A stretch of 64,000 nt of DNA from a virus, in IMG/VR virus record IMGVR_UViG_3300036792_000218, positions 28,370-92,369 of that record, one strand, 5' to 3'. Of the stretch, positions 54,746 to 62,684 are shown one piece after another. The notes beneath the pieces are model-generated. The model saw only the letters and a list, made by a program, of their open reading frames with translations, was not told the DNA's origin and searched no databases. The first letter of the stretch is position 1; every line of letters starts with the position of its first letter. The position numbers and the translations under genes are program-made.

Positions 54746-55057
54746 GCACTACCACCGATGACACCCGAGCAGCGCGCCGACGCCCGGCTGAAGGCCGCCG
54801 CTACGCGCGGGGAACGCGCCGAGGTCAGGCGGCGCCTCAAGCGCGGGGAACTGACCCTGGCCCAGGTCCTCGCCGACGCCGCCACCAGCGACGTCATCGG
54901 CAAGATGAAGGCCTCCGCGCTGCTGGAAGCGCTCCCCGGTATCGGGAAGGTCCGCGCGCGGCAGCTCATGGGCCAGATCGGCATCGCGGAGAACCGTCGC
55001 GTCCGCGGCCTGGGCGCCGGCCAGCGCAACGCGCTCGAGGCCGCGGTCACCGCCTGA
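54743..55057 (+). CDS. mihF: Actinobacterial integration host factor (mIHF/sIHF) homolog
   Basis: MALPP.TPEQR...KAA..R..RAEV...LK.G..VIGKMK.SALLE.LPG.GKVRA..M..IGIAE.RRVRGLG..Q. Confidence 0.92.
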   Translation: MALPPMTPEQRADARLKAAATRGERAEVRRRLKRGELTLAQVLADAATSDVIGKMKASALLEALPGIGKVRARQLMGQIGIAENRRVRGLGAGQRNALEAAVTA

Positions 55058-55133
55058 CGGCACCAGTTGGCCGCCCGGCACTTCCCCGCCGGGCGGCCAG
55101 GACCCCGCACGACACCCCATGAAAGGAACGGCG

Positions 55134-56327
55134 TTGACCGACACCGAAGCCGTACCGCGCCGCTCGTACCGCGACGAGCGCCGCGAGGACCAGCGCGTCG
55201 CGGCGCAGATCAGGCGCGACGACCAGGCGGCACGCGCGCAGGCTGCCCGCGATGACGCTGTCGCACGGGTGAAGACCCGCGCCGCCGCGAACAAGGCCCG
55301 GCAGGACCGGCGTTCCGCAGCGCGCAAGGCCCGTGCCGCCGCCGTCGCCGCCGCATGGTCGTGGGTGGCCCGGCACCTGATGGACCTGATGTTCGTACCG
55401 GTCATCACCGTCCCCGGCGCGCTCGCATGGGAAGCGATGGCCGCCTACGGTCACTCGCTCTGGGGGCCGCTCGGCGTCATCCTGCCCGCCTTCAGCGAGG
55501 GTGCCATGTGGGCATTCGACATCGCCGTCGAAGTCCGCCGCCACCGTGAGCCCGACAAGCCTGTCCGGCTCCTGCTGGCCGGCATGGCCGTCTTCGCCGC
55601 GTACGGGGCCGTCCTGAACTTCCTCCACGGCATGGCACGCACAACGGCGCACCACGGGATCACCACCGCGATAGCGATGGCGCTCGTGAGCGTCGCCGGG
55701 GTGACCGCCCGACAGATGATCACGGCACGGAGAATGACCCGCATCGAGCGGCGTACTGCCCGCAAGATCCGCAAGGCCCAGAGGGACGCGGTCGACAGGG
55801 CGACAGTCGACCTCCACGCACCCGGCGGGCCCCGGCTCGTGATGACCGCCGAACCGTCACCGGAGCCAGTCGCGGAGCCGTCAGAACCGGCCGTCCCCGA
55901 GCCGTCAGATGACGGCCCCCGACCCGTCACGGTGTCCGTCACCAAGAGCGCTTTCGGAACCCTCGCGCTGACCTTCACCCCGGCCGTCAAAATCCCGTCG
56001 GTCGATCCGTCACCGGAACCCGTCAAACCGCAGGCCACGCCACCCGTCGAGCCGTCACCGGAGGCACCCGGAACAGACCAGGGAACGACGCCCCCGGACC
56101 CGTCACGCAGGCCTCGCCGGCGACCCGGCCCGCAGGGGGCAGGCACGCCGCGCGGGAGGCATTCCAAGCTCGACGCCCTGATCGGCAAGGGCGGCCTGCC
56201 CAACAAGGAGATCGCCAAGCAGGCGCGCGTCTCCGTGTCCACCGTCGAACGCCGGCGCCGGGAACTGCGCGAGGCGGCAGAAGCGGCAACCAAGGTGACG
56301 GTGCTCGACGAGCGCCGCCACGCGTAA
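55134..56327 (+). CDS. Spd-like (SpdA/SpdB2, DUF2637-like) multi-TM protein with Pro-rich linker and C-terminal HTH
   Basis: N-terminal coil, about 4 TMs with LP..SEG..W and LNFLHG; NKEIAKQARVSVSTVERRRR. Confidence 0.65.
   Translation: MTDTEAVPRRSYRDERREDQRVAAQIRRDDQAARAQAARDDAVARVKTRAAANKARQDRRSAARKARAAAVAAAWSWVARHLMDLMFVPVITVPGALAWEAMAAYGHSLWGPLGVILPAFSEGAMWAFDIAVEVRRHREPDKPVRLLLAGMAVFAAYGAVLNFLHGMARTTAHHGITTAIAMALVSVAGVTARQMITARRMTRIERRTARKIRKAQRDAVDRATVDLHAPGGPRLVMTAEPSPEPVAEPSEPAVPEPSDDGPRPVTVSVTKSAFGTLALTFTPAVKIPSVDPSPEPVKPQATPPVEPSPEAPGTDQGTTPPDPSRRPRRRPGPQGAGTPRGRHSKLDALIGKGGLPNKEIAKQARVSVSTVERRRRELREAAEAATKVTVLDERRHA
55854..56105 (+). repeat. Intragenic array of CCGTCA hexamers
   Basis: 10 exact copies plus 1 inverted in about 250 bp, falling in two different reading frames. 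Confidence 0.75.
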
Positions 56328-56376
56328 CCAGGCCACAACCACGACACCCGAGAAAACCAGGAAGAGGGAACAACAC

Positions 56377-56898
56377 ATGGCAAACGAAGCGCAGCAGGCC
56401 GGCGCAGCCCTCGCGGCAGCGCAGCTGGCCAGGGTACGCAAGGTACTCACCGTGCTCGACACGGAAACCGGAAGCCGCCAGTACGCGCTCGAGGACATCG
56501 CGCGCATCGTCGGGGAACCGGACGACACGCCGGGCACCGCGGACGGCCAGCTAACCGACTACGAGCAGGAGTACGCCGGCTTCTGGCGCCGGCTCGTCGA
56601 GAACCCGGACGGCACGCTCAACGCCGACCAGGTGAAGCGCGAGCTCCACGACTACAGCATGCTTATCCGCCAGGTACCCGAGGCGTACGACGGGGTCACT
56701 AACGGCCGGATCAGCAAGCCGAACACGATGCCGGGCCCCGTCATCGACGCGGTAGAGGAACGCATCAGCGACGCCGAAGACGACGCGATCAACGACCTGA
56801 TCACGAACCTGGAGGCGTACCCCGACCAGGCGTTTACCTCGATCGCCGAGGTCGTCGCCGTGATCCGCGGGATAACGGGAGTGACCGGTGGCAACTGA
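56377..56898 (+). CDS. Hypothetical phage protein
   Basis: FW..LVEN.DGTLN.DQVKRELHDY...V..AY..VT.GRISKPNT. Confidence 0.65.
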   Translation: MANEAQQAGAALAAAQLARVRKVLTVLDTETGSRQYALEDIARIVGEPDDTPGTADGQLTDYEQEYAGFWRRLVENPDGTLNADQVKRELHDYSMLIRQVPEAYDGVTNGRISKPNTMPGPVIDAVEERISDAEDDAINDLITNLEAYPDQAFTSIAEVVAVIRGITGVTGGN

Positions 56899-57373
56899 CC
56901 AGGGCCCGCACGGTCCGTTCAACACCGAGGCGCAGGTCCTCGCGCTGCCCGACGTCGAGGCCGTGTACGAGGCGGCGCACGAGTCGAACCGTCACGGGGT
57001 GCTCCGCGAGGGCTCCGAGGCGATCCTGCTGGCCGCGTGCGCCGACACGGGCGCCGACCCCGGTGAGTACGGGGCCAGGATGATCCGCTGGCTGGCAGAC
57101 TTCGGCCCGCAGGCCTGCCAGGTGTTCGCGGACCTGATCCGCCAGGCCGCGCACGGCAAGCCGGGACCGCACAGCGTCACGTTCGACCTGGCCGACGGTA
57201 ACAACACGCCGTTCGTGCTGACCGAGGCGCTCCAGTTGTTCGCGGACACGCAACGGCTCTTCGCCCACAAGAAGGACAGCAACAGCGCGTCGTGCAACGT
57301 GTGGGCGGAGCGCGCCGACGAGATGCGCGCCCAGGCCGTCGAAGTCATGCGAGAGGACCACCCGTCAACCTGA
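56888..57373 (+). CDS. Hypothetical protein
   Basis: GPF.TE; G.Y..R.I.WLA pattern; coupled. Confidence 0.55.
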   Translation: MATDQGPHGPFNTEAQVLALPDVEAVYEAAHESNRHGVLREGSEAILLAACADTGADPGEYGARMIRWLADFGPQACQVFADLIRQAAHGKPGPHSVTFDLADGNNTPFVLTEALQLFADTQRLFAHKKDSNSASCNVWAERADEMRAQAVEVMREDHPST

Positions 57374-57402
57374 CACATGGAACGCCTGACACCCGCCACC
57401 GC

Positions 57403-57442
57403 CGAAGGGCCGGCATCCCGAGAGGGGGACGCCGGCCTTTCG
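57403..57442 (+). terminator. Intrinsic terminator ending the tra operon
   Basis: CGAAGGGCCGGCATCCC-gaga-GGGGGACGCCGGCCTTTCG. Confidence 0.7.
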
Positions 57443-57482
57443 CATGTTTGCGCTGCTAGTCGCGCCGGGTGATCATCGAGGC

Positions 57483-58334
57483 ATGACGGGGGCAAACAAC
57501 TTCAGCGGGGACTGGGACGACACGGGGAGCGGCGGCCAGGGGTGCGCGAGGGGACGCCACTGCGCGGAGGCGGATTACCAGGGCAATGCTGCGCGGGGGC
57601 CGCGGGCGTTCTGCGAGACGGACCGGGCGCACGTCGGCAGCGTGATCCGCGACCTGCCGCAGGTGTACGTCGAGCTCCATTACAAGCTCGCCAAGGGACA
57701 GCAGCCCGACGGGCAACGGGTCAGCGGCGGCGGGAAGGAGGCACCGACCCCGCTCGACCTGGATATCGAGGCGTTCCTGCGGCACGTCATCCTGGTCGCG
57801 GTGTCGTGGGAGGAAGCGGTCCGGGTGGCGGCCCGGCTCTCACCGCTGCCCGACGGGCTGGTCCGCGACGGGACCGCGCTGCAGCGGGCCTGTGTGCTGC
57901 TGGCCGGCCGTGACCGTGACCGCTGCGGCCACCTGGACGTCCTGCTCGCGCTCGCCCCGGAGACGGTGAACCGCCCCGTAACGGGGTCGACGCGGCTGGC
58001 GGACCTTGAACCGGGCACGCTGATCCGGGTCGACTCGTCGGGGGACGCCTGGCAGAAACGCGACATGGACGGGACCGCTGCGGCCCTGGAGTTCCTGACG
58101 CTGAGCAGCCGGGCCCGCGCGGTCCTCGGGCTGAACCTCCAGTCGCGGCGCGTCGCCGTCCGCTGCGACGGGTGCGAGTCGATCGGGACGCTCAAGCAGC
58201 GGGAAGCGCTCGGAGGCGGCTGGGAGGCGGTCGTCCGCTGCTCGGCGTGCCCGCAGGTGTACATCGGGCAGCCGTTCGAGCTGCTGATGGGCCGGGAGTA
58301 CGCCGAGACGGTGAAGGCCGGGCACGCGCCCTAG
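57483..58334 (+). CDS. Conserved actinophage Zn-binding protein
   Basis: CARG.HC, FCE.D, DLP..Y..L, P.PLDL, CDGC..CSAC. Confidence 0.6.
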   Translation: MTGANNFSGDWDDTGSGGQGCARGRHCAEADYQGNAARGPRAFCETDRAHVGSVIRDLPQVYVELHYKLAKGQQPDGQRVSGGGKEAPTPLDLDIEAFLRHVILVAVSWEEAVRVAARLSPLPDGLVRDGTALQRACVLLAGRDRDRCGHLDVLLALAPETVNRPVTGSTRLADLEPGTLIRVDSSGDAWQKRDMDGTAAALEFLTLSSRARAVLGLNLQSRRVAVRCDGCESIGTLKQREALGGGWEAVVRCSACPQVYIGQPFELLMGREYAETVKAGHAP

Positions 58335-58354
58335 CGCGCCCGGCCCCCGGTCGG

Positions 58355-59647
58355 TTATGCCGCCTTGGCGGTCACCACCGTGGCCCGCGTGATGACGGTC
58401 TGCTTCGTGCCCTGCCACTCGTCGTGGCCCTTGATCGTGGCCTTGATGCGGAACGACTTCTCGGCCTCGTGCCCCAGCGCCGCGTTCGAGCTGAACCACT
58501 TGAGCACGTGCCCGTCCGCGGTGATCAGCGTGTAAATCGTGGTCGTCTTGGGCGTGTACCCGAAGTAGCTCTCGCTGTAGGCGATCGACTTGACCCGGAC
58601 GTCGACCTCGATCTTGTCTTTCGCCTGCCCGATGTGCTCGTTCGTGATCGAGTCCTGCTCGGCCTGGCGGCGGAGGTCCGCGCCGACGGCCCGCGCCCAC
58701 GCGGCCGGCGCGGAGCACAGGAGCCCGAAGTGCTTGGGGGTGACCCGCTCGGCGCGCAGGACGGTCTTGAGGTTGATCTCGTACTCGGACCCGGCCGGCC
58801 ACCGCTCGTCGTCGAGCAGGTAGTCGCGGATCAGGACCGCCTGGCCCGGTGCCTCCTCGGCGGTGCGGCGGGTGATCTTCACGCCGTGCGCCTGCTTGAC
58901 CTCGGCGAGCTTCGCCGTGCCCCGCTCGTGGTCGTACTGCTTCTGCAGCGCGGACCTGCTCGCCGGCCTCAGCGCCTGCTCGACAACGTGCTTGGTCGGG
59001 GTCCGGCAAAGCGCGCCGCCGTCTGACGGGACGTAACCGCCCTGCATCTGGATGACGGCCCACGCGCACCGCAGCACCGTCAGCGGGTCATACGCCGGCA
59101 TCCCGCCGCCGCCCCACCCGAACCCGCCCTCGTCGTCGTCGAGCAGGTCCGCGCCGTCGTCCATCCACCGGAACCGCACGTCGTGGCCGAGGAAGTCCTT
59201 CAGGCAGGTTGACCCGACCTGGATCCTCGTGCCGTCCTCGCCCTCGACGAGGTATGTGCGGGTGCGGTGCCGGGCGGTCTTGCAGTGGTCGCAGCCGCCG
59301 GGCTTGAGCGCCGTCCGGTCGATCGTGCCCTCGAAGCCGGGGGCGCAGCGGGTGACCAGCGTCGGCTCGCCGGTGGCGCTCAGGTCCCAGTCCCAGTCAA
59401 GCGCGGCGAGGAACGTCCACCCGGCGTAGCAGGCGGGCTGGCCGGTGACCGTGGTCTCCCACAGGTCGGCGTCGGCGGTGAGCCCGCCCGCGGTTTCCCA
59501 GGTGCGGCGGACCCGCGTGTAAGTGACCTCGTAGCGGCCGGTCCAGCCTTGCCGTGCGGCGCGGGCGTTGACCTTGTCGGTCTTGGCGAGCAGGTCGGCT
59601 AGCTCGGCGTCGTTCAGGTCCGCTGTCCGCGTCCTGGTGGTCTCCAT
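58355..59647 (-). CDS. Conserved phage protein with Zn site and C-terminal OB-fold-like domain
   Basis: CDHC..R.R..TYLV..QVGSTCLKDFLG; HIG..KDK..W.SS..IKATIKGH.EW.G.KQTVITR. Confidence 0.7.
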   Translation of the reverse strand: METTRTRTADLNDAELADLLAKTDKVNARAARQGWTGRYEVTYTRVRRTWETAGGLTADADLWETTVTGQPACYAGWTFLAALDWDWDLSATGEPTLVTRCAPGFEGTIDRTALKPGGCDHCKTARHRTRTYLVEGEDGTRIQVGSTCLKDFLGHDVRFRWMDDGADLLDDDEGGFGWGGGGMPAYDPLTVLRCAWAVIQMQGGYVPSDGGALCRTPTKHVVEQALRPASRSALQKQYDHERGTAKLAEVKQAHGVKITRRTAEEAPGQAVLIRDYLLDDERWPAGSEYEINLKTVLRAERVTPKHFGLLCSAPAAWARAVGADLRRQAEQDSITNEHIGQAKDKIEVDVRVKSIAYSESYFGYTPKTTTIYTLITADGHVLKWFSSNAALGHEAEKSFRIKATIKGHDEWQGTKQTVITRATVVTAKAA

Positions 59648-59786
59648 CGGTGCCCCCTCGCATCGGTTGCTTACAGAGACAACATTATCACGCCGCTTTA
59701 ACGTTGTCACATTGAACGGGCCGACACGCCGGCACCGCCGCCAGGAAACAGAAAGGCCGGGCACGCGCCCCAGCGCTGCCCGGCCC
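59644..59786 (-). promoter_or_regulatory. Terminator + promoter/operator (copy 4) + RBS cassette; direct repeat of 60633-60778
   Basis: GGCCGGGCA..TGCCCGGCC-TTTC hairpin; GTGACA-17-TAATGT-TGTCTCTGTAAGCAACC. Confidence 0.85.
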
Positions 59787-59801
59787 CCGCCGGCTGCTCG
59801 A

Positions 59802-60209
59802 TCAGGCCGCGTGGTGCATCTCGTAGAAGAACCGCTCACCCTGCCCCGTGTTCTCGACCCCGGCGTCGACCATCTGACCGAGCAGGGCCGCAAACTGCCA
59901 CGGGGTCATGGCGTTGATCCGCTGAGCCAGGGTGCCGGGGACCCGGTACCCCTTCACGTGCTTCTCGTAGGCGAGGGCCGCGCCGTAGCCGGGGCGCAGG
60001 GCGCGCTCGACGCGCTCGCTGTGAGCGCCGGGAAGCTGGGCGGCCTCCGTGATCGCGTCGATCATCCGGCTGTGCAGGTCGGCGGTGTGGCCGTAGCCGT
60101 CCCTGCGGTGGCGGCGGGTGCGGGTGCCGACCGACAGGTAATAGCGGAGCGCGGCGGCCAGTTCCTGGCCTGGCGTCCGGCCGGGCGGCGCCCCGGTCGC
60201 GGCCATCAC
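59802..60209 (-). CDS. Hypothetical protein
   Basis: Coupled ORF. Confidence 0.55.
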   Translation of the reverse strand: MMAATGAPPGRTPGQELAAALRYYLSVGTRTRRHRRDGYGHTADLHSRMIDAITEAAQLPGAHSERVERALRPGYGAALAYEKHVKGYRVPGTLAQRINAMTPWQFAALLGQMVDAGVENTGQGERFFYEMHHAA

Positions 60210-60421
60210 TGCGCCTTCCGGTAGCAGGGCCCCATGCGCTTCGCCGCGGCGAGGATCTCCTTCGCGGAGATCGGCGCCCCGGTGTAGCCCTCGGGGGTCG
60301 ACACGGCCAGGGCGTCCCAGGCGGTCTGCGGCACGACGGGCGCGCCGTTGGCGATCATCACGCGGAACCGGAGCGCCGTGTTTTCCAGCCGCTCCTTTTT
60401 CGTCATCCGGCCGGCGGTCAC
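60206..60421 (-). CDS. Hypothetical protein
   Basis: GTGA overlaps (alternative ATG 60406). Confidence 0.5.
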   Translation of the reverse strand: MTAGRMTKKERLENTALRFRVMIANGAPVVPQTAWDALAVSTPEGYTGAPISAKEILAAAKRMGPCYRKAQ

Positions 60422-60636
60422 TTCGCGGCCGCCTCGACGAGCGTGACCGACTTGACGTCCACGAAGCGGTACGAGCCCGGTGCCCGGCCGTCCTGCTGCA
60501 TCGTGATCCGGCCGGTGGTCCAGTCGGTCAGGGTTGCCCTGGTGACCGTGCGGCTGCCCTGCCAGCGGACGTCCACGGTGTCTCCGGGCTGGGCGGTCTG
60601 GCGGCTGAGCTTCTGGCCGGTCTCGCGCGTGTCCAT
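60418..60636 (-). CDS. Small SH3-like hypothetical protein
   Basis: RBS GAGGGG; follows a conserved promoter. Confidence 0.55.
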   Translation of the reverse strand: MDTRETGQKLSRQTAQPGDTVDVRWQGSRTVTRATLTDWTTGRITMQQDGRAPGSYRFVDVKSVTLVEAAAK

Positions 60637-60778
60637 CGGTGTCCCCCTCACATCGGTAACTTACAAAGACAACACTATCATCAATCCTTAACGTTGTCAC
60701 GTTGAATGCGAGGACACGCCGGCACCACCGCCAGGAAACAGCGAAGGCCGGGCAGGCGCCCCCGGCGCTGCCCGGCCC
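60633..60778 (-). promoter_or_regulatory. Terminator + promoter/operator (copy 5) + RBS cassette
   Basis: GTGACA-17-TAGTGT-TGTCTTTGTAAG; near-identical to 59644-59786. Confidence 0.85.
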
Positions 60779-60793
60779 TCAGGCCGTCCCCGC

Positions 60794-60970
60794 TCAGGCT
60801 GGCTCGATTTCCGTCTGGCTGTAGCACCACTCGGTGACGCCGTCATCCGCGCCGCCGTCGACGCGGACCTTGGTGTCCGGCCGGTCGGACAGCGGCACCG
60901 TCGCCACGACGGTCCCGGCCCACGGGTAGATGGTGCTCTGGACCTTGTCGCCGGCTGCTGGCTGCTGCAT
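60794..60970 (-). CDS. 58-aa hypothetical protein (not in ORF track)
   Basis: MQQPAAGDKVQSTIYPWAGTVVATV...; RBS GGAGGGGG; lies between a promoter and a terminator. Confidence 0.6.
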   Translation of the reverse strand: MQQPAAGDKVQSTIYPWAGTVVATVPLSDRPDTKVRVDGGADDGVTEWCYSQTEIEPA

Positions 60971-60991
60971 TTCGGTGTCCCCCTCCGTAGC

Positions 60992-61059
60992 GGTTGCTTA
61001 CAGAGACAACACTATACGGGCGTGAAAGTGATGTCAATTTGAACGCGCGGCGACACGCC
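60992..61059 (-). promoter_or_regulatory. Conserved early promoter/operator copy 6
   Basis: TTGACA-17-TAGTGT-TGTCTCTGTAAGCAACC; GACAC box. Confidence 0.85.
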
Positions 61060-61155
61060 GACCCGCGCAGTCAATCCACCAGAACCACCCGGCCCCGTTG
61101 TCATAATGACCACGTCGGGACCCGTGTATCCCGCGCAAGGCAAAACGGGGGTGAC

Positions 61156-61398
61156 ATGACCCCCCGCCCCGGACTAGAGGCAGGCGACCTAGTCACCCCC
61201 GCGCAGTTCGCCGGCCACGTCCCCGGCCTGAACCCCAACACCGTCTCCCAGTGGATACGACGCGCCGAGCGGATCATCGGCCGCAAAGTCGAACCCCTCG
61301 GCCGCATCGGCACCTACCCCGCCTACGACTTCAACGACCTCGCCGCCCTCGAACGGGCCATGCGACAGCGCAGGCTAACCCGCGCTGTCGCCGCCTGA
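61156..61398 (+). CDS. Small MerR-like HTH protein
   Basis: LVTPAQFA...PNTVSQWIRR..G...YDFNDL. Confidence 0.6.
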   Translation: MTPRPGLEAGDLVTPAQFAGHVPGLNPNTVSQWIRRAERIIGRKVEPLGRIGTYPAYDFNDLAALERAMRQRRLTRAVAA

Positions 61399-62013
61399 CC
61401 GCTCGAACACCAGCCCCGGCACCGCCGCCGCCGCGGCGTCCGCGTCGGCCTGGTCACGGGCGTGAACCACCCGGCCGCCCCCGGTACCGGTGACGAGCAG
61501 CCGCCCCCCGGCCGCGTCCTCCGCCGCCCGCGTGTCCCGCCCGGCCTCGACCGGCGCACGGTACGGGAACGCCGACAGCACCTCGCCGACCACCTCAGCG
61601 CCGACCTGTACCTTGACGGTCGGCCCGGACTTCATGCGGCGCCCTGACCCCGGCTTCGGCTTGCCCTTCGCGCCCTGGCCGGGCAGCGTGCCGCGCCACT
61701 CGCGGAACGCCCCCTGCGAACTGGCGGCCCACGCGAGACGCGGAATCCCGCCGCTTCCCTCCAGGCCGAGTTCCGCGGCGGCCTGCGGGCAGGTCTCGTA
61801 GCGGGTGTGCCACTTCTTGACCGTCGCCTCCTTGACCGGCTTATCCGGAGTGCTGCACCAGGCGGCGACGACGTCAGCGAACACGTACCGGACTGGCTCG
61901 GCCGGCCTGGCCTCGCCCGGTCCCAGCCATCCCTCGGTGACCTCGCCGTTGGCGTCGACGAACAGGGCGTCCGGGGGGCCTACCCCTGTGCGCCAGTACA
62001 GTTGCCTGCTCAT
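61375..62013 (-). CDS. Putative DNA-binding protein (AlpA-like actinophage type)
   Basis: ADVVAAW...EATVKKWHTRY..P...W.......W...PGQG. Confidence 0.45.
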   Translation of the reverse strand: MSRQLYWRTGVGPPDALFVDANGEVTEGWLGPGEARPAEPVRYVFADVVAAWCSTPDKPVKEATVKKWHTRYETCPQAAAELGLEGSGGIPRLAWAASSQGAFREWRGTLPGQGAKGKPKPGSGRRMKSGPTVKVQVGAEVVGEVLSAFPYRAPVEAGRDTRAAEDAAGGRLLVTGTGGGRVVHARDQADADAAAAAVPGLVFERSGGDSAG

Positions 62014-62036
62014 GTTCCCTCCGTGCTAGTTAAATG

Positions 62037-62066
62037 GACAACACTATGAGGCTAGCACTGTGTCAA
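62037..62066 (-). promoter_or_regulatory. Variant promoter/operator (shorter spacer) upstream of 62013
   Basis: TTGACA-14-TAGTGTTGTC. Confidence 0.55.
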
Positions 62067-62081
62067 GGTGCCCGCGTCCCG

Positions 62082-62684
62082 TCAGCCGCCCGCCGGGCCG
62101 GCCAGGAGCGCGGCAGTTTCCAGCATCCGCAGCGCAACCCCGGCAGGAACACGGAACCTCTCGAACTCGACTTCCCCCCCGTCGAGGGAGATCTTGACGT
62201 AACCGCCGAGGTGACCCGGCAGGTAGACGATCACCTCGGCACGGCTGCCGGTCTGGCAGTGGGCGGGCATCGAGGTCTTCCCGGCGGGGAACAGGCCGGT
62301 GACGTACGCGGCGAGCTGTTCCCGTGCCCGCTGCGCGGCCCGGTCGGCTTCATCGGCTTCCCCGACCTTGACCATGGTCGCCCGGTAGGCGGGCAGCAGC
62401 CGCCGCTCGATCTCCGCGGCGATGACGCGGTAACCCCGGCCGGCGCGGACAGCAGCGGAGGGGCGATCGCCCTTGCGGTAGCCGTACGCCGTGCGCGCGG
62501 GGTACCAGCCGGTGGCCTCGACGTACCCCGGCCGGCCACGGGGCTCCGCCAGGTGGACGCCGTTTCCCTCGGTGCCGATCCGGACGCCCGGCCCCCACCA
62601 GGTGAGATCCAGGGTCATGCCGAGCAGCCCGCCGACCTTGATCGCAAGTTCGGCGAGCTGCCACTGCGCCATGCCGTCGTTCAC
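62082..62684 (-). CDS. Hypothetical protein
   Basis: IAAEIERRLLPAY motif; coupled. Confidence 0.6.
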   Translation of the reverse strand: MNDGMAQWQLAELAIKVGGLLGMTLDLTWWGPGVRIGTEGNGVHLAEPRGRPGYVEATGWYPARTAYGYRKGDRPSAAVRAGRGYRVIAAEIERRLLPAYRATMVKVGEADEADRAAQRAREQLAAYVTGLFPAGKTSMPAHCQTGSRAEVIVYLPGHLGGYVKISLDGGEVEFERFRVPAGVALRMLETAALLAGPAGG

